DNA from: Octopus sinensis
Taxonomy: Eukaryota
DNA length: 64,000 bases
Direction: 5' to 3'
Assembly (NCBI RefSeq): GCF_006345805.1
Contig: NC_043013.1
Span: 20,956,001 to 21,020,000, forward strand
Shown one piece after another: positions 1 to 12,689 of this stretch; position 1 is the stretch's first letter, and every line of letters starts with the position of its first letter. The notes below the pieces were generated by a model. The model was not told where the DNA came from and did not search any database. It saw only the letters and a program-made list of their open reading frames with translations. The translations under genes and the position numbers were made by a program.

Positions 1-227
1 CGCCACTGAGAATTCGTGATATAAGCATATAGTTTCGCCTGTCCCTCCCACCATTGACTCGATAGAGCATCGAGGATTTGAGAGGTGGAAATGAGTGTAT
101 CCACATTCGGTTTGTACTCATTTTCAGCCGTGTAGATTTGAGCAACGCGAAACGAGTTGCCTTTCCCGTTAAAGATTCACCTCCCGTATTTAAAATCGTT
201 AAAGAAAACTGAATACATTGAACATGG

Positions 228-262
<35 letters not shown>

Positions 263-279
263 TATATAACACATGCCAC

Positions 280-474
280 TTGGACACTCCAACCTGCACT
301 GGTTGTTGATTCCACAGTGGGCTGTGCACTGCTCGCCGAGTACAGAGTTTCTGACCTCTCTTTTCGAAAGGCAGCCCCATACGACAACAATGTTCTGTCC
401 AAAAGTGCTTTAAGGATAAATTAATATATACCCCTGTAATATTAATCACAATGATAATAATAATAATAATAATA

Positions 475-511
<37 letters not shown>

Positions 512-1205
512 CATAATAATAATAATAATAACAATCATAATAATAGACCTAATAATAGACATAGGAAGATAGCTTTGTTCGCCCCTCCCTTTTCACTTAA
601 CGTAAAATCTAACATAAGTAAAAGATTCCTTTCTCCCGAAGACAACCATTTTCCAGAAAATCATAGGTACAGATAAACATTTAACAGGCGCTCAGTGTAA
701 TTATCCTTTAGCTGCTGCTCCAGTACGAAGAGTATCGTTACATGATGCCAACACCAAGAACCTACACCCAGTTGTAACTATCGAGACCCAGGAACCAGTT
801 CACTTGATCAGCGATGTATGATTAATCCGTCATAAATGAAGCAGAAGTTACAGCAACACTAGATAATAATACAAGAAGAGCTATGCTAGATAACAACATA
901 AGAAGAACTATATCTGGCAATACTAATCACATATCGTCCTTCGGGGACAAAAGTAAAGCTACTAATTTGGCTAGCCATGGATGAGGTTTGAAATCGAATG
1001 CCACACCACATACGATAAAGGGGAAAATAGTCGAAAAATGTACACCAAATGTTAACAGAACAAAAAAATGTAAGCTATGCAAAGCTGAAAGAACTTAGAT
1101 ACTTTTCAGATCTAAGGACGCTAACTCATTGCTGAATTCTAAATCCGAAATTTTCAAAGTTTAAAAAAAAATGGCTAAGTTCCTGTTGGCGAACTGGAAT
1201 AACTC
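280..1205 (+). mobile_element. Penelope-like retroelement relic (RT thumb, linker, GIY-YIG region), with stops and frameshifts
   Basis: Manual translation: RVSDLSFRKAAPYDNN..FKDKLIYTP; (AAT)n linker; RHRKIALFAPPFSLNVKSNISKRFLS..HFPENHRYR*TFNRRSV*LSFSC; CNYRDP..LDQRC..VINEAEV; NHISSF..LASHG*GLK..IKGKIVEK..CKLCKAE..LNSKSEIF..KFLLANW. These follow PLE motifs (WFNPPFS.NVKTN, CNCR..CPL.G.C, CxLC.xE, LNxRSE) in order. Confidence 0.85.
450..545 (+). repeat. (AAT)n microsatellite inside the PLE relic (would encode poly-Asn)
   Basis: Direct sequence; lies between the IYTP and RHRK motifs. Confidence 0.9.
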
Positions 1206-1529
1206 ATTGAGTCACTGTGCCACACACTCGAATCCACTATCTTTGCCGTCTTATATTCTACGGTCATAGGGGAAATAACTCTAATTCCCTCATTTTCCTT
1301 CTTTCTGATTTCTTTTTCATTTTTCTTTCATTTTTCATTTCTTTTTTCATTCCTGCCGTCATATCTATTTCCTTCTCGTCTTTCTTCGCCTTTTCGCTCG
1401 TCCTATCGTCCCATTTTTAGTTTCTTAATCCATATGGAAGGTGACTTATGATTTTGCTAGTACCGCAGGCGTGTTAAAAGATACTGTATGGCATATTCTT
1501 AGCACATAAATACATATATATTGTTTTTC

Positions 1530-1789
<260 letters not shown>

Positions 1790-1790
<1 letters not shown>

Positions 1791-2122
1791 TAGGGAATAA
1801 ATCCAAATTTACAGGGAAAAAAAATCAGATTTAGGATTAAATCCAATTTTATAGTAAAATATTATAAAATATTATTAGAGACAAAACCACTATTTTGCAA
1901 AACAAACAAGGAAATACTTAATCAATACATAAAACTTTAATAAATAGTCAAAAAAACTTCATATTTTGAAACTGACTTATTGGAAGTCCACCTGAAGATT
2001 GTCGATCAAGACAAGAAACGATTGTAGTGGCGGTTTTTTGACTATTTATTAAAGTTTTATGTATTGATTAAGTCTTTCCTTGTTTGTTTTGCAAAATAGT
2101 GGTTTTGTCTCTAATAATATTT

Positions 2123-2126
<4 letters not shown>
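1790..2126 (+). mobile_element. Foldback non-autonomous element (PLE pseudo-LTR-like) with a hammerhead in the loop
   Basis: Inverted arms 1863-1957 and 2033-2126 with about 1 mismatch and 1 indel; flanked by (AT)n on both sides. Confidence 0.8.
1988..2030 (+). ncRNA. Minimal type I hammerhead ribozyme, intact core
   Basis: CCAC-CTGAAGA-TTGTC(gatcaa)GACAA-GAAA-CGATTG-TA-GTGG: stem I CCAC/GTGG, core CUGANGA, 5-bp stem II, GAAA, near-palindromic stem III, GUA cleavage triplet ending at 2026. Confidence 0.85.
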
Positions 2127-2157
<31 letters not shown>

Positions 2158-2919
2158 GTATATCGAAAAGATACTTCATAAAAGCAACACTTTTTCACTG
2201 CTAAATATGAAGTAAAACCTATATAGTGATATTGAAAAGGTATATTAGATACCCGTCTATCCTTGGTTCTAAGAATTTCACGCAGTAAATATCATGATTT
2301 GGAGCTACTGGACATAGCAAGTACAATGCCTGGTTCATTGGAACGAAACTTAACGCCTTAGATTCATTACTATGATAGTTTATTTGTGGATGCTGATTTA
2401 CGTATTTCGTTCATTTACTCCTACTTGTAAAAGTGGACCTAGGTGTGCATGAATATATATATATATATGTGTGTGTGTGTGTACATATATATATATATGT
2501 ATATATATGTGTGTGTGTGTGTGTACATATATATATGTGTGTGTGTATATGCATATATGTATATGTATATATACATACATATACATATATATATATATAT
2601 ACACACAATTGTATATGCATATATAGACACACATATATATATATATATAAACACATGCATACAAACATACACACACACACATAGGTAAAAGATGATTATA
2701 TCATTTGTGCACATATATGTGAGTTCGTGTGTATGTACTTCAGCACATATCAAAAAGTGAAATCATACAAATTCTGTCAAAATAAGAACCAAAATAAGCT
2801 GCAGAATAGAGTAAGATAGTTTAAGGGCAGCTCTGTGATATGGTTAGTAGCTCTTGAGAAGCCGTTTGATTGAGACTCTGAGAACATCTGAGATTGGTAT
2901 ACACGCGCTCATACACACA

Positions 2920-3020
<101 letters not shown>

Positions 3021-5054
3021 ATATATGTGTATAAACATATATCGTTACACAGTAATATCATTGCAGCTCACACATTAGCACACACACGTATACACGCACA
3101 TTCGTTGCGATGGATTATAGTATTTCATTTTTAGATATCTTGGAACAAAATCGTAGAGTGGGTGGCCAACGTGACATTTGGTTTCAATACTATTTCTTCC
3201 CACAGACATTCACAGACCTAGCTATACAAACACATATATACACGCGCCCATCTTTACACATTCACTCACACACAGACACGCACAAACATAAATTTACATA
3301 AATACGCCTGATTATATGACTACCGTGTTGTAAATGTAATTTAAATAGAACTCTATGTGATGTATCATTAACTATCGTCTACCTATCAGATATGATGATA
3401 GGTTGATGCTGTAAGTGTAACCGTTTATAGTTCGACAGACACAGCTGGTTTCTATTTTGGCAATAAATTCTTGGATTTGTTCCAATATCTTTGACAAATT
3501 AGAAACACCTCTGTTAAGAGAGTGCAAATCTTTCTTTGTATATTTATTTTATTTTATGATTGGTTAATTTTCGTGAAATATTAGAGTACAGTGGGACCGA
3601 ATAGACACGTGCTGTGAAGATGAAAGGGAAATAAAAGCACATTGATGACTTCGATCTTTCCTTTTATAGCGGTGTCATCGATTATATCATCGGTTACTGG
3701 GTTATCGGGAACTAATGCTGAAACGATAAATGCTTGTGATCGCCGGAGCTCCTTAAAATTAATATTATGGCTGAATGCACTGAACGGATGTATAAGGAGT
3801 TTAATCATCCCCTGCACCACAAGAAAATCCATCTACACAACAATACATCAGACAAATATTTTGATGAGCAAATACTCTCTTCAGTAACTCGATCTGCTAT
3901 AAATAACACCACATAATCATTCTGAAAAGATAGATCAGTTTATGTAATGCTAGATCTATTCATTCTGATGAAAGGATAAGAATTGTAATGACTAGAGAGT
4001 CTATGTTACTATGTGCTGTCAATGATGGTCGAAATAATGTTGACCATCAATGGATATATCCAATTGCTTGAGGAGCCGAGGCATTCAAAATTAAACGCTG
4101 TTTATCCTTCCCCACAAAACGTGACATCAAATGAAAATGGATTCATTTCCCTAGATCGATTTTCTTATTTGAATATTTTATTCATTACCATTAATTATAT
4201 TATTACAATGGGAACTGATCTCTTTGTAGCCAGCTTTATTTCAGCATCTGTAAGTATGGCGTTTCTTTCACTTAACAGAGGGCCATGCAGGGGGTTGTTT
4301 TATAAATAATTGTATAAATAATTAATTATTGTGCAAATAATTCATTATTGTATAAATAATTACTGGTTCATTATATAAGCAATTCTAACCAACCAACGAG
4401 AATGTCTGCATGGTCACTGAACCTGCTAGTAATAGTGGCAATATTCCTCTAAAATCACATCTATCTCTAAAAAAACACAGTCAGGGTGATGTAATCCCAG
4501 CTAAACATTGCCTGTAAAAGACCGTGACAGTTCATATATTTTCAGCATAGGCATGCTCGATTACGTTTGGATAACACAAACACGAATAGTAAGAATCGTT
4601 TGACTAGATTAACCTGATTAATCTCTTCTTGTCACCTATTGTATTTTAGTTAGTGTCAGCCACAGAAAATAAGGTCACATCACAAACAACATACAAAATC
4701 ACTGCCGTATAGTGCCTTGTTGTGTATAGATATTACAAAGACTGAATAATTCCTACGTTTTGAGCAATCTTAGTCTCCCGTTAACTGTCAAAATTATTAG
4801 GATTCCTGGAAATCTTCACGTATAGTTTCATGTTTATAACATAACTGACTTCACAAATTGGGTATTCATAACTTATTGGCAATTCCTAAAGATGAGACCC
4901 TGTGTAACAAAGTTCGATATTCTCTGAAAATGCACAAAAAACGTTTTAAGGGCTACATACTTTGTATTGTTGTTATTGGATTAGCGAAACAGTTATGAGA
5001 ACTGAAGCAAGGATAAGCCTTGCTTTCCCAGGTATTACCGGGTACGTCAGCTAG

Positions 5055-5085
<31 letters not shown>

Positions 5086-5327
5086 CTCTTTTACTCTTTT
5101 ACTTGTTTCAGTCATTTGATGGCGACCATGCTGGAGCACAGCCTTTAGTCGAGCAAATCGGCCCCGGGACTTATTCTTTGTAAGCCGAGTACTTATTCTA
5201 TCAGTCTCTTTTGCCGAACCGCTAAGTTACAGGGACGTAAACACACCAGCATCGGTTGTCAAGCATGCTAGAGGGACAAACACAGACACACAAACACACA
5301 CACACATATATATATATATATATTATA

Positions 5328-5360
<33 letters not shown>

Positions 5361-5569
5361 CTCTTTTACTCTTTTACTTGTTTCAGTCATTTGATGGCGA
5401 CCATGCTGGAGCACAGCCTTTAGTCGAGCAAATCGGCCCCGGGACTTATTCTTTGTAAGCCGAGTACTTATTCTATCAGTCTCTTTTGCCGAACCGCTAA
5501 GTTACAGGGACGTAAACACACCAGCATCGGTTGTCAAGCAATGCTAGAGGGACAAACACAGACACACAA

Positions 5570-5647
<78 letters not shown>

Positions 5648-5812
5648 TACGACAGGACTTCTTTCAGTTTCCGTCTACCAATCCACTCACAAGGCATTGG
5701 TCGGCCGGGGCTATAGCAGAAGACACTTGCCCAAGATGCCACACAGTGGGACTGAACCTGGAACCATGTGGTTGTTTAGCAAGCTACTTACCACACAGCC
5801 ACTCCTGCGCCT
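5086..5812 (-). mobile_element. tRNA-derived SINE family A (internal microsatellite), with its 3' half tandemly duplicated
   Basis: Head at ~5812 (rc GGCGCAGGAGTGGCTGTGTGGTAAG..GGTTCCAGGTTCAGTCCC); tail (AAAGAGT)n; 5086-5340 repeats 5361-5600. Confidence 0.9.
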
Positions 5813-5942
5813 TAAGCTGACGACACTTAAGGGTTTCGCCGCAAACAACATCATGCAACCCAAAGTCAAAAATCAGGTTACTAAAGTTGTAACTGTTATA
5901 TTGGAAACCAAACGTAGGAATATTTAGAGAAGATTTAAGCAT

Positions 5943-5986
<44 letters not shown>

Positions 5987-6115
5987 ACACACACACATAC
6001 ACACAAACACGAGCATACTCATATTGCACGTGTATGATGTGCGTATGTATGTGTATTCATAGATAAATACTTACGTACATACACGCATACATTCATACGT
6101 ATATATATATATATA

Positions 6116-6161
<46 letters not shown>

Positions 6162-6715
6162 TGTGCCTGTGAGTATGTGTGTGTGTGTGTGAGTCTGTGT
6201 GTATGTATATATATATATATAAGCCAACGTCACACAGAAGTGTCATAATCGAATTCGGTGTTAATTATTCAGTGAAATATTGTTCTATGTGCACCGAAGA
6301 TGCAGTAGAAGTGTAGGATCTATATACTTTCGGATGCGACTTCGCTTCAGAATTTGATTTAATCAATACAACGAACCTATTTCCTTTTAAACTCTAATCT
6401 AATTATATTTTTGCTGTTATTATTTGTCAAATCTCACCACTGACAAATCTATGTAGCTTCTTTTTTGTAGGCGCCATATTAAACCATTTCTCCACACAAC
6501 TTATTTTTCTGGGTTTGCTTTTCTTCACACTGTAAGAAGTGTATTTCGTTACGGATCCATGTGCATACATACATGCACACGTATACTTACACATGGAGAG
6601 ATACATGCACAAATATGTGTGTGTATGTGGACACAGATATGCATGTGCAAAATGTAGATATACGTCTTCAAATTGACGCTGCAATACAACGAGTATATAA
6701 ATATGTATATTCACA

Positions 6716-6824
<109 letters not shown>

Positions 6825-7559
6825 GAACTTTTATTACTTTTATTTTATGGTTTCTTAACACTTCATGTCATATCTGTAGTAGTCTCGTATCTTTGAGTTG
6901 AGTGTGGCTCGCTGAGGAGACCTAATAATAACGAAACATGATCGCACTTGTTACCATGACCACTGAATATTAGACTCACAACATAGCGTTCACCATTTAG
7001 ATTTAGTGAATTGAAATTCAGAATGTCATGTGCTTTGTCCAATTTCAGAGAAATTATCAATAATATTATTATATTTCCTTTTCGAAATAATTATAATTTT
7101 ATTTAGAAACTATTTGAAGCTCCCTATAATCAGGATGGTAGCAAATACATATGGTTTTCTATCACTTAACAAAGTCCATGCTGTAGTTTTATGTATAAAT
7201 AACTGTACAAATAATTAATACAAATAAATACAAGCCGCATGTTTGAGGAAGTTACGTAAATGATGTTAGTGTGTGGATCGATTCAAATATATTTCTGTAG
7301 AATTTCAATTATCACCTCACTTGATAATTTACCTGTATCCTTTATTAAATATTATCATTTTGATAGCGTGTGTTAAATATTCTGTTAAATACATGTTCAG
7401 TCCCTAGATGGACGAATATCTCAGCATGGACTGGTGTTTTCCCTCATCTATGTTTGGGTGCCGAAGAATTTAACAGTCTTTGTTCCTAATTCTACACGGA
7501 CTTCTCCTTTTTTCGGAACATCGTGTCAGCTCCGTCAATTTGGTATTGCATATATTGTC

Positions 7560-7952
7560 GCGGAGGCGCAATGGCCCAGTGGTTAGAGAAGCGGACTCGC
7601 GGTCGTAGGATCGCGGTTTCGATTCCCAGACCGGGCATTGTGAGTGTTTATTGAGCGAAAACACCTAAAAGCTCCACGAGGCTCCGGCAGGGAATGGTGG
7701 TGATCCCTGCTGTACTCTTTCACCACAACTTTCTCTCACCCTTACTTCCTGTTTCTGTTGTACCTGTATTTCAAAGGGCCAGCCTTGTCACACGCTGTGT
7801 CACGTTGAATCTCCTCGAGAACTACGTTAAGGGTACACGTGTCTGTGGAATGCTCAGCCACTTGCACGTTAATTCCACGAGCAAGCTGTTCCGTTGATCG
7901 TATCAGCTGGGACCCTCATCGTCGTAACCGACGGAGTGCTCCTATATACTAC
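7560..7952 (+). mobile_element. tRNA-derived SINE family B with 9-bp TSD
   Basis: A box TGGCCCAGTGG, B box GGTTTCGATTCC; TSD TATATTGTC at 7551-7559 and 7953-7961; close to copies at 50774 and 55613. Confidence 0.93.
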
Positions 7953-8348
7953 TATATTGTCCCTTCTTCTAAACTCATGTTCCTCGAAAGACCATTTTAG
8001 ATTTTATTTCCCAGGTAATGTCAGTTGAATTTTGTTGCCACTCTTATCATGTTGTTTCTCCTCTTATCTGTTTTGTTAATTTTCAGCATTCTCCTTTCCA
8101 CAGTTTTTAATCTATTTTCGATACTCTTGTTGATAGTCCATGTTTCTGATGCTTACGTAATGCTAGATAGCACACAATAGCAGAAGGTCTTTGTATTTAG
8201 ATACATGTCCATGATATAATTCAATTTACCAAACGATTCCCATTCTAATTGTATTCGTCGTTCAATTTCTTTGATCTGATTTTTATCCTTTAAGCAGGTT
8301 ATTTATCCTAGATTAGTCTATCGGTTCACATTTTCAAATATTTCATCA

Positions 8349-8508
8349 TAGGCGCAGGAGTGGCTGTGTGGTAAGTAGCTTGCTAACCAACCACATGGTT
8401 CGGGGTTCAGTCCCACTGCGTGGCATCTTGGGCAAGTGTCTTCTGCTATAGCCCCGGGCCGACCAATGCCTTGTGAGTGGATTTGGTAGACGGAAACTGA
8501 AATGTATG

Positions 8509-8554
<46 letters not shown>

Positions 8555-8785
8555 GTATATATATGTATGTGTGTGTGTGTGTTTGTGTGTCTGTGTTTGT
8601 CCCCCTAACATTGCTTGACAACCAATGCTGGTGTGTTTACGTCCCCGTCACTTAGCGGTTCGGCAAAAGAGACCGATAGAATAAGTACTGGGCTTACAAA
8701 GAATAAGTCCCGGGGTCGATTTGCTCGACTAAAGGCGGTGCTCCAGCATGGCCGCAGTCAAATGACTGAAACAAGTAAAGGAGTT
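8349..8785 (+). mobile_element. SINE family A, full length
   Basis: Head TAGGCGCAGGAGTGGCTGTGTGG, internal (AT)n(GT)n, tail ACAAGTAAAGGAG. Confidence 0.92.
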
Positions 8786-9099
8786 ATTACTACATTTAGG
8801 TGGTTGGAAATTATCTTCGTTCTATTGATATTAACTCTGAGTCCACATTTGTTGCTTTCTTCTTTTAGTTTTCTGACCATTCCTGTTGATACTTTAATTC
8901 TCCTGAAAATGAGTACAATATCATCAGCGAATTTGAGATGATTTAGAACGCATGTATTTATACTTACTCCTTTATCTTACCAATATAAGTTTTTAAAAAA
9001 CATTTCTAATGCAGATGTGAATAATTTGGGTGATATGGTGTCTCCTTGTTTGACGCGTTTACCGATTTTGATGTCAATCGCTTTGTTGTTTATAGTTTG

Positions 9100-9655
9100 C
9101 TGCAAAATAAAACATTACCGAGAGATATTATCAATCTCATTAATATCCCAAGAAAACTGGAACAACATTAATTTACACGGCGCATTGAATGAACTGAATT
9201 ATGTAAGAGAATAAGGAAAAGACTCAAAGAAAATAAAAGAGGATTAATGAAACCATTGAAAACAACAAATTCTTTAAAACAAGAAAAGTCTTTAAAAACT
9301 AAACAAAAAATAATTACGGGACGTAATACAATCAAATGTCTAAATGACAAACATGGTAAAATAACTCACAGAGAGTGTACAAATAGAAAAAAATGATAAT
9401 TCTATAAAAATCTATATCAATCAAACAAGGAAGTTTCCCAAACAGTAAATTCAAAGGAAAGAGTCACAGACATTTTAAAGGCAGAGTTTAGAAATGTTGT
9501 AAAGGAAACAAAAAACTATGCCTACATGAATATGTGGAAAAATTCCAAACTGATCCTTTTTATAAAAATGGGAGCTGCAAAAGAACTTTAGACAAATCAG
9601 TCGACTGTCAGACATCTACAAGATCTTTTCGAATATCATATCAAAATGAAGTGAG
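9100..9655 (+). mobile_element. Inverted upstream segment of an RTE LINE (tether region to RT start)
   Basis: Plus-strand IKCLNDKHGKI..FYKNLYQS..ILKAEFRNVVK..WKNSKLIL..SRLSDIYKIFSNII resembles the RTE region ending NYRPISLLS.xYKxF. Confidence 0.7.
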
Positions 9656-9675
9656 AGGAAGATGGATGAGAACAG

Positions 9676-9887
9676 TACGAGGGGATACTGAAAAATACCT
9701 GTCTTAAAGAGTATCGCGAAAGGCTTGGTTGAAGTTTCTGAGTTCTTTCACGGGTCTTAAAATATTGAAGGACCGCTGCAATGAGTGCGTGAATCTGAGA
9801 GGGGAATATGTTGGATAAAATCATGATTAACTGGTCTTCCTGTATTTTCTTTTACCCAAAGCCAGGAACTTTTCTGCACCCCCTCTC
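9676..9887 (+). mobile_element. Internally deleted mariner (MITE-like) with TIRs
   Basis: TACGAGGGGATACTGAAAAATACC / AAAGCCAGGAACTTTTCTGCACCCCCTC imperfect TIRs; residual C-terminus LKDRCNECVNLRGEYVG*. Confidence 0.8.
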
Positions 9888-10164
9888 AGGCAGGCTTCAG
9901 GAAAAACTATAGCACAACATGCATGCACGCTACATGCATGCTATAAGCCTACTGAAGGAAAACGCGAAACTTACAGCGCATCATTATGCTTAACATTTGT
10001 AGATTTTAGAAAAAACAAACTTTCTTTTAAACACTATATTTTTCTGTTATCTTGTATCAATTACATGTAATAATATTCATTTAGGTCTTTGCGAATCACG
10101 AATTAAATATGTCAGTTGTAAATATCAATACTTATTACGTCTTTCCTCGTTTCTTTTCTGCCAG

Positions 10165-10274
10165 GTCTGTTGCTACATTGACGAAAGCATCAACTTACGA
10201 TTCTATTTCAATGTCCTCTGTGATGTGATTATTACATCGACGTATTGATTCCGCAGTTATATCTAAACTTTGAG
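10165..10274 (+). other. Candidate non-coding (UTR or lncRNA) exon, 110 nt
   Basis: Branch-like CTTAT, polypyrimidine tract and acceptor TTTCTTTTCTGCCAG|; donor GAG|GTGAGT; stops in all three frames. Confidence 0.5.
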
Positions 10275-11307
10275 GTGAGTTCTGATTTATTAATTGTTAT
10301 TGAATTACGCTGGCAGGAAATATACAATCACAGAAATCTGACATTTAAGTTAGCATCTTCTTCATAATAAACTAACGTTCTTACAACGAGTGAACAGCTT
10401 CTAATAGAATTTGTTTGATATTTCTTCATTGAATATACACAGTAGAGAAAATAGATATTTTCTCGTGATTTTTGCTCTTTTTATCTTGGTTTGTTGATTT
10501 ACTTTTGTTTATTTTTTACTATCTTTTCTTTTAGTCATCTTATAGACTTGATATTTTCTTTTGAAATCTAAAATCCGTTGTTCCTAACAGTCTGCCAAAT
10601 ATGACATCATCTACGGTAAATAATAATCGATTAAATATCTATGTATTGTCGTAAATGTTTGCATTGTTACCGGTAAACCGTATATGCTACACATTATAAT
10701 ATATCATAAGTGATATAACGGCTATGACATACAAATATGACATACAAAATGTACGTAATATGGTATAAAACATACATATCAGATACAACGACACGAAATA
10801 ACGTATCTTCCTTTATATTGAAGATATACATAAATGCATCTGTATTATATGTATATATATATATATATTATATATATACCCCGGTTATTGACATGTAATC
10901 AACGAGCGATTCATGAATCTTTCTTCTGAATTTCTCTCAGTAATACACTTCGAAAGGTTTTTTCTTTAATCCTTTAGCTTCTTTTCAAGGTCTCAAACTG
11001 TCGATATTTATTCTCGATATCTGTAAACTGATAATCAGAGATAAGCTTTGTGTCCAGTCTGAAAACAAAACGATTGCATTAGATTTGAATAAATGGCCTA
11101 AAGGGTTAGAATTCAAATCCTTTCTCTATTTAGCCATGCCGTTTCAGTTATAGGGAATAGGCTAAGATAAACAAATATTCTTATTATTATTTTTTATATT
11201 AACGTTCACGTGTTTTATAAGTAAATCGAATCAAGAATCTCTCAGCCAGCGATAGTTTAGCAATATTCCAATGGCATCGGATTATATTTCTAAAAGTTAT
11301 TATATAT

Positions 11308-11714
11308 AGGTGTGGTTGTATGGTAAGAGGCTTGATTCCCAACTACATGGTTCCGGGTTCAGTACCACCACGTGGCAGCTTAGGCAAGTGTCTTCTACTC
11401 GGGACAACCAAAACATTGTCGGTGGATTTGTTAGACGAAAACTGAAAGAACCCGACGTATATATATGTATATGTGCGTGTGCGTGTGTGCGTATGTGTTT
11501 GTGAGTGTGTGTCAGTCTGTCTGTGTGTCGGTGTGTCAGTCTGTGTGTGTGTGTGTGTCAGTCTGTCGGTGTTGATGAAGTTACATCCCCGAAACCTAGA
11601 GGTTCGGCAACAGAGAACGGTAGAGAAAAAATAAATACTTGGGTCGATGCATTCCACTAAAATTATTCAAAGCAATGCTCCAACATGGCCGCAGTCTAAT
11701 GACTGAAACAAGTA
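11308..11714 (+). mobile_element. SINE family A, diverged
   Basis: Colinear similarity to the 8349 copy. Confidence 0.85.
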
Positions 11715-12422
11715 ACATATCAAAACAAACAATAAACGATAAAGACGTGAATCATCGCTTCAAACGGATGTTCGTAACGTCTTCATTTCAAACTCAGTCA
11801 AGCAACAACAAACAAATTCAGATGCGAATGTCTTCCTTTTCTGGTTATAAACTCTTAGACCATGTCTCTAAGAAGTTATTTCAAAGACATGTCTCAATCA
11901 ATTATTATTAATTTATATTTCGCTATCGTAAATGTGACGTAAGACTGTCTAGATACTTCTCAGCTAATAACGATAATAAATTGTAAAATATTAATCACCG
12001 TCAGATCTATTTGGAAGACTTTTCATTTATATATGTTTCATTAGATTCGATTTGTATCATCATTTCTTATATATTCTGTGGATGTATTTTATATAATTAT
12101 TTATACTTTGACAACACAAGGAACAATTATTAGAGACCAAGGTTATAATGAATAGAATTAATTACACTTCATTAGCAACACAGCCATAATTTATGTCCTG
12201 TATTCATATTATATAAATATTGATCTCTCCATTATAAATAATAAATAATTCAGAACAAGAATGAACATTCTATAGAAAAAACACTAAATCGAGTATTATA
12301 GAAGTAACCAATGCTTAGCTTTGCCAGTTCTAAATTCTATCTATCGCTATACTTGCTTGTGTGTGTGTATATTCTTGTGTGTGTGTTTATATATATATGT
12401 ATATATATATATATATATATAG

Positions 12423-12606
12423 TTATTCCAAACACAAAGAGAAAACACAACAACGCGAAGACGTGGAACAAGTATAGTGTTATTGGACGCTCAGGAAAGG
12501 AAAGAAAGATGGAGGGTTTAACGTTTCGTCAGAAACATAGGAAAATGAAAGATCCAAGGAAGGGAAGACGGAGGAAAAAAAATCGCCAACGATATACACG
12601 CGGTCA
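12423..12606 (-). mobile_element. Short HHR-bearing element (same family as 32358-32550), stem II deleted
   Basis: Reverse complement aligns end to end with 32358-32550; rc centre GTTT-CTGACGA-AACGTT-AAAC. Confidence 0.8.
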
Positions 12607-12689
12607 TATATATATATGTATTGGCTTAAGTTTTTCATTGTTTGATTTGCCTAATAGTGGTTTTGTCTCTAATTTAATATATATACTTA

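Larger units (their letters stand above)
7400..9095 (-). mobile_element. RTE-clade LINE relic, RT domain 4 to C-terminus, interrupted by two SINEs
   Basis: Minus-strand translation: IDIKIGKRVKQGDTISPKLFTSALE..NHLKFADDIVLI..GLRVNINRTKI..; matches RTE RT motifs QGDTISPKLF and LRFADD. Confidence 0.85.

Noticed and set aside
982-984. In-frame TGA in the PLE relic as selenocysteine (as in some Naiad elements)
   Set aside because: It aligns with a conserved Trp position, the nearby Cys codons are TGT/TGC, and the relic has other stops and frameshifts.
3581-3887. Overlapping ORFs on both strands as a protein-coding exon
   Set aside because: No recognisable domain or convincing splice pair; kept only as a low-interest unique block.
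6325-6355. Minus-strand CTGAAGC..GAAA as an HHR
   Set aside because: A9 is absent and the stems do not pair.
7560-7640. tRNA gene
   Set aside because: A and B boxes are present but this is the head of a multi-copy SINE with TSDs; no complete cloverleaf.
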